Below, one piece after another: positions 29,983 to 32,000 of a stretch of 32,000 nt of DNA. The position numbers and the translations under genes were made by a program. The stretch lies in the sequence record CP080221.1; one strand, 5' to 3'. The notes beneath the pieces are model-generated. The model made no database searches, was not told the DNA's origin, and saw only the letters and a program-made list of their open reading frames with translations. Position 1 is the first letter of the stretch. The number at the start of each line of letters is the position of its first letter.

Positions 29983-30761
29983 ATGTTTAATTTATTAAAT
30001 ACATATATTACATCACCATTAGATCAATTTGAGATTAGACTATTATTAGGTTTACAATCATCATTTATTGATTTAAGTTGTTTAAATTTAACAACATTTT
30101 CATTATATACTATTATTGTATTATTAGTTATTTTATGTTTATATCTATTAACTACTAATAATAATAAAATTATTGGTTCTAGATGATTAATTTCACAAGA
30201 AGCTATTTATGATACTATTATAAATATGGTTAAAGGACAAATTGGAGGTAAAAATTGAGGATTATATTTCCTATGATTTTTACTTTCTTTATGTTTATTT
30301 TTGTAGCTAATTTAATTAGTATGATTCCTTATTCATTTGCATTATCAGCTCATTTAGTATTTATTATTTCTTTAAGTATTATTATTTGATTAGGTAATAC
30401 TATTTTAGGTTTATATAAACATGGATGACTATTCTTCTCATTATTTGTTCCTACTGGTACACCTTTACCATTAGTTCCTTTATTAGTTATTATTGAAACT
30501 TTATCTTATATCGCTAGATCTATCTCTTTAGGTTTAAGATTAGGTTCTAATATCTTAGCTGGTCATTTATTAATGATTATCTTAGCTGGTTTACTATTTA
30601 ATTTTATGTTAATTAACTTATTTACTTTAGTATTCGGTTTTGTACCTTTAGCTATAATCTTAGCTATTATGATCTTAGAATTCGCTATTGGGATTATTCA
30701 AAGTTATGTTTGATGTATCTTAACTGCTTCTTATTTAAAAGATGCCGTATATTTACACTAA
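29983..30761 (+). CDS. ATP6: ATP synthase subunit 6 (subunit a)
   Basis: Translation gives MFNLLNTYITSPLDQFEIR...IIGSRWLISQEAIYDTI...GGKNWGLYF then (break) PMIFTLFMFIFVANLISMIPYSFALSAHLVFIISLS...ASYLKDAVYLH then TAA (30759-30761). The span is 779 nt, one short of 260 codons. The break is at CC 30270-30271, where TTC CCT is expected. Confidence 0.93.
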
Positions 30762-30790
30762 TTTATACTTATAATAGTATATAATACTTT

Positions 30791-30802
30791 AATAATATTC
30801 TT
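30791..30802 (+). terminator. mRNA 3' end dodecamer AATAATATTCTT downstream of ATP6
   Basis: Exact match 30 nt after the stop. Confidence 0.7.
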
Positions 30803-30853
30803 ATAAACTTTATATTATATTATATTATAATATTATAGATATAATTCATATAG

Positions 30854-30949
30854 ATTTTATATATTATTTATGATATTTATTTATCATATTATTTTTATTA
30901 TATATTTTATATATTATTTATGATATTTATTTATCATATTATTTTTATT
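30854..30949. repeat. 50-bp tandem duplication
   Basis: ATTTTATATATTATTTATGATATTTATTTATCATATTATTTTTATT occurs twice with period 50. Confidence 0.85.
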
Positions 30950-31009
30950 TAGATTTCATATATTTTATATAATTTATTATTTATAATTTATAATTTATAA
31001 TTTACTTAC

Positions 31010-31075
31010 GGGAGGGGTCCCCATTAGTATTTACCAATAATTTTTATTTAAGGGACCCAAATATCTACTTGTTCT
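31010..31075 (-). promoter_or_regulatory. ori A/B-type hairpin in inverted orientation, with no cluster C or promoter seen
   Basis: GGGAGGGGTCCCC - ATTAGTATTTACCAATAATTTTTATTTAA - GGGACCC - AAATATCTACTTGTTC. The reverse complement of the loop resembles the loop of the ori at 7850-7878. Confidence 0.6.
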
Positions 31076-32000
31076 TATTTAGAATATTATTTATTTAGTT
31101 ACCTAGATAAAATAACATTAACATAAATATATACATTAATATTAATATAAATTACTTATTTATATTAATTATTATATAATTTAAAACATATTATTATTAT
31201 TATTATATTTTAGAACTAATATAAATACAATATTTTTAAGTAAAAGATATTTATTATATTATTTTATTTATTAATACCTACTAGAAGTATTAATATTAAC
31301 ATTTATATAATATATATTATTCCTTATTTTAAGTTATTATATATTTATATATATATATATATAATATTTTATTATTTATAATTCATATATTATTATATTA
31401 TACATTTAATATATAAAGTAATCATTATTAAAGAGTATTCTTATCCAGATTATTTATTATTCTTATTTTTAAGATATAATAAAATTATAACTGTTATTTA
31501 TATTAATATTGTATATATAAAAAGTATATTTAATTTAAGGGGTATTATTTATTATTTTTATTAATATTATTGGATGTTATAATTAACATTAATATTAATA
31601 TTTATATAAGATACTTATTAATATAAAATATAAACATATTATTATTATATTATATTTATGTAATATAATAATTATTAAAAAGAATTTATCATACTTATTT
31701 AAAAATATTATATATAAACTTATTAAATAGTATTATTCATTTTATAAATAAATATTTATTTAGATATATTAAATTATTCATATAAATTAAAATTAATATA
31801 AATTAAAGAGATTTAAATATATTTAGATTTTATATATATCTCTATTTTAGATATATCATATTATTTTATATATTATTCTTAATACCCTTAAAGTATTTAT
31901 TATATATTTATTATTGTATCTCCTATTTATAATTAATATAGATTAAATCAAACTCTAGAATATATTATATTATTTTTATTTAGTCTATATTTATATATAA

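Noticed and set aside
30762-32000. ENS2-like endonuclease ORF downstream of or overlapping ATP6
   Set aside because: There is no extended open frame under code 3 and no LAGLIDADG-like motif, only AT-rich repeats and an ori-type hairpin.

Overview
This window is extremely AT-rich yeast mitochondrial DNA of the Saccharomyces type. It only reads sensibly with the yeast mitochondrial code (TGA=Trp, CTN=Thr, ATA=Met). The supplied ORF track used the standard code, so it shows the real genes only as fragments. Gene order, all on + unless noted: tRNA-Phe, tRNA-Thr(UAG) on the minus strand, tRNA-Val, COX3, a ~7.8 kb spacer with GC clusters and ori/rep elements, tRNA-Glu, COB (5 exons, 4 introns), tRNA-fMet, RPM1 (RNase P RNA), tRNA-Pro, a ~3.2 kb spacer, COX1 (7 exons, 6 introns), ATP8, ATP6, then an AT-rich spacer with an ori-like hairpin. 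Three introns are ORF-less group II and seven are group I; four of the group I introns carry LAGLIDADG ORFs. Promoter-like nonanucleotides (WTATAAGTA) and the AAUAAUAUUCUU 3' dodecamer sit where expected. No prokaryote-style system is present. Points worth a second look: (1) an 8-copy family of ~40-nt GC palindromes with compensatory arm substitutions, found in spacers, introns and one intron ORF; (2) COX3, COB, COX1, ATP6 and every intron ORF are each short by a base or two at homopolymer runs, most likely sequencing undercalls but needing verification; (3) an ORF-less group II intron and two group I introns at COX1 sites not occupied in the S288c reference; (4) two ori/rep elements in tandem plus three orphan ori-type hairpins; (5) a split-GC-cluster module with a conserved AT core, one copy inside RPM1; (6) a gene order that is not collinear with S. 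cerevisiae S288c.
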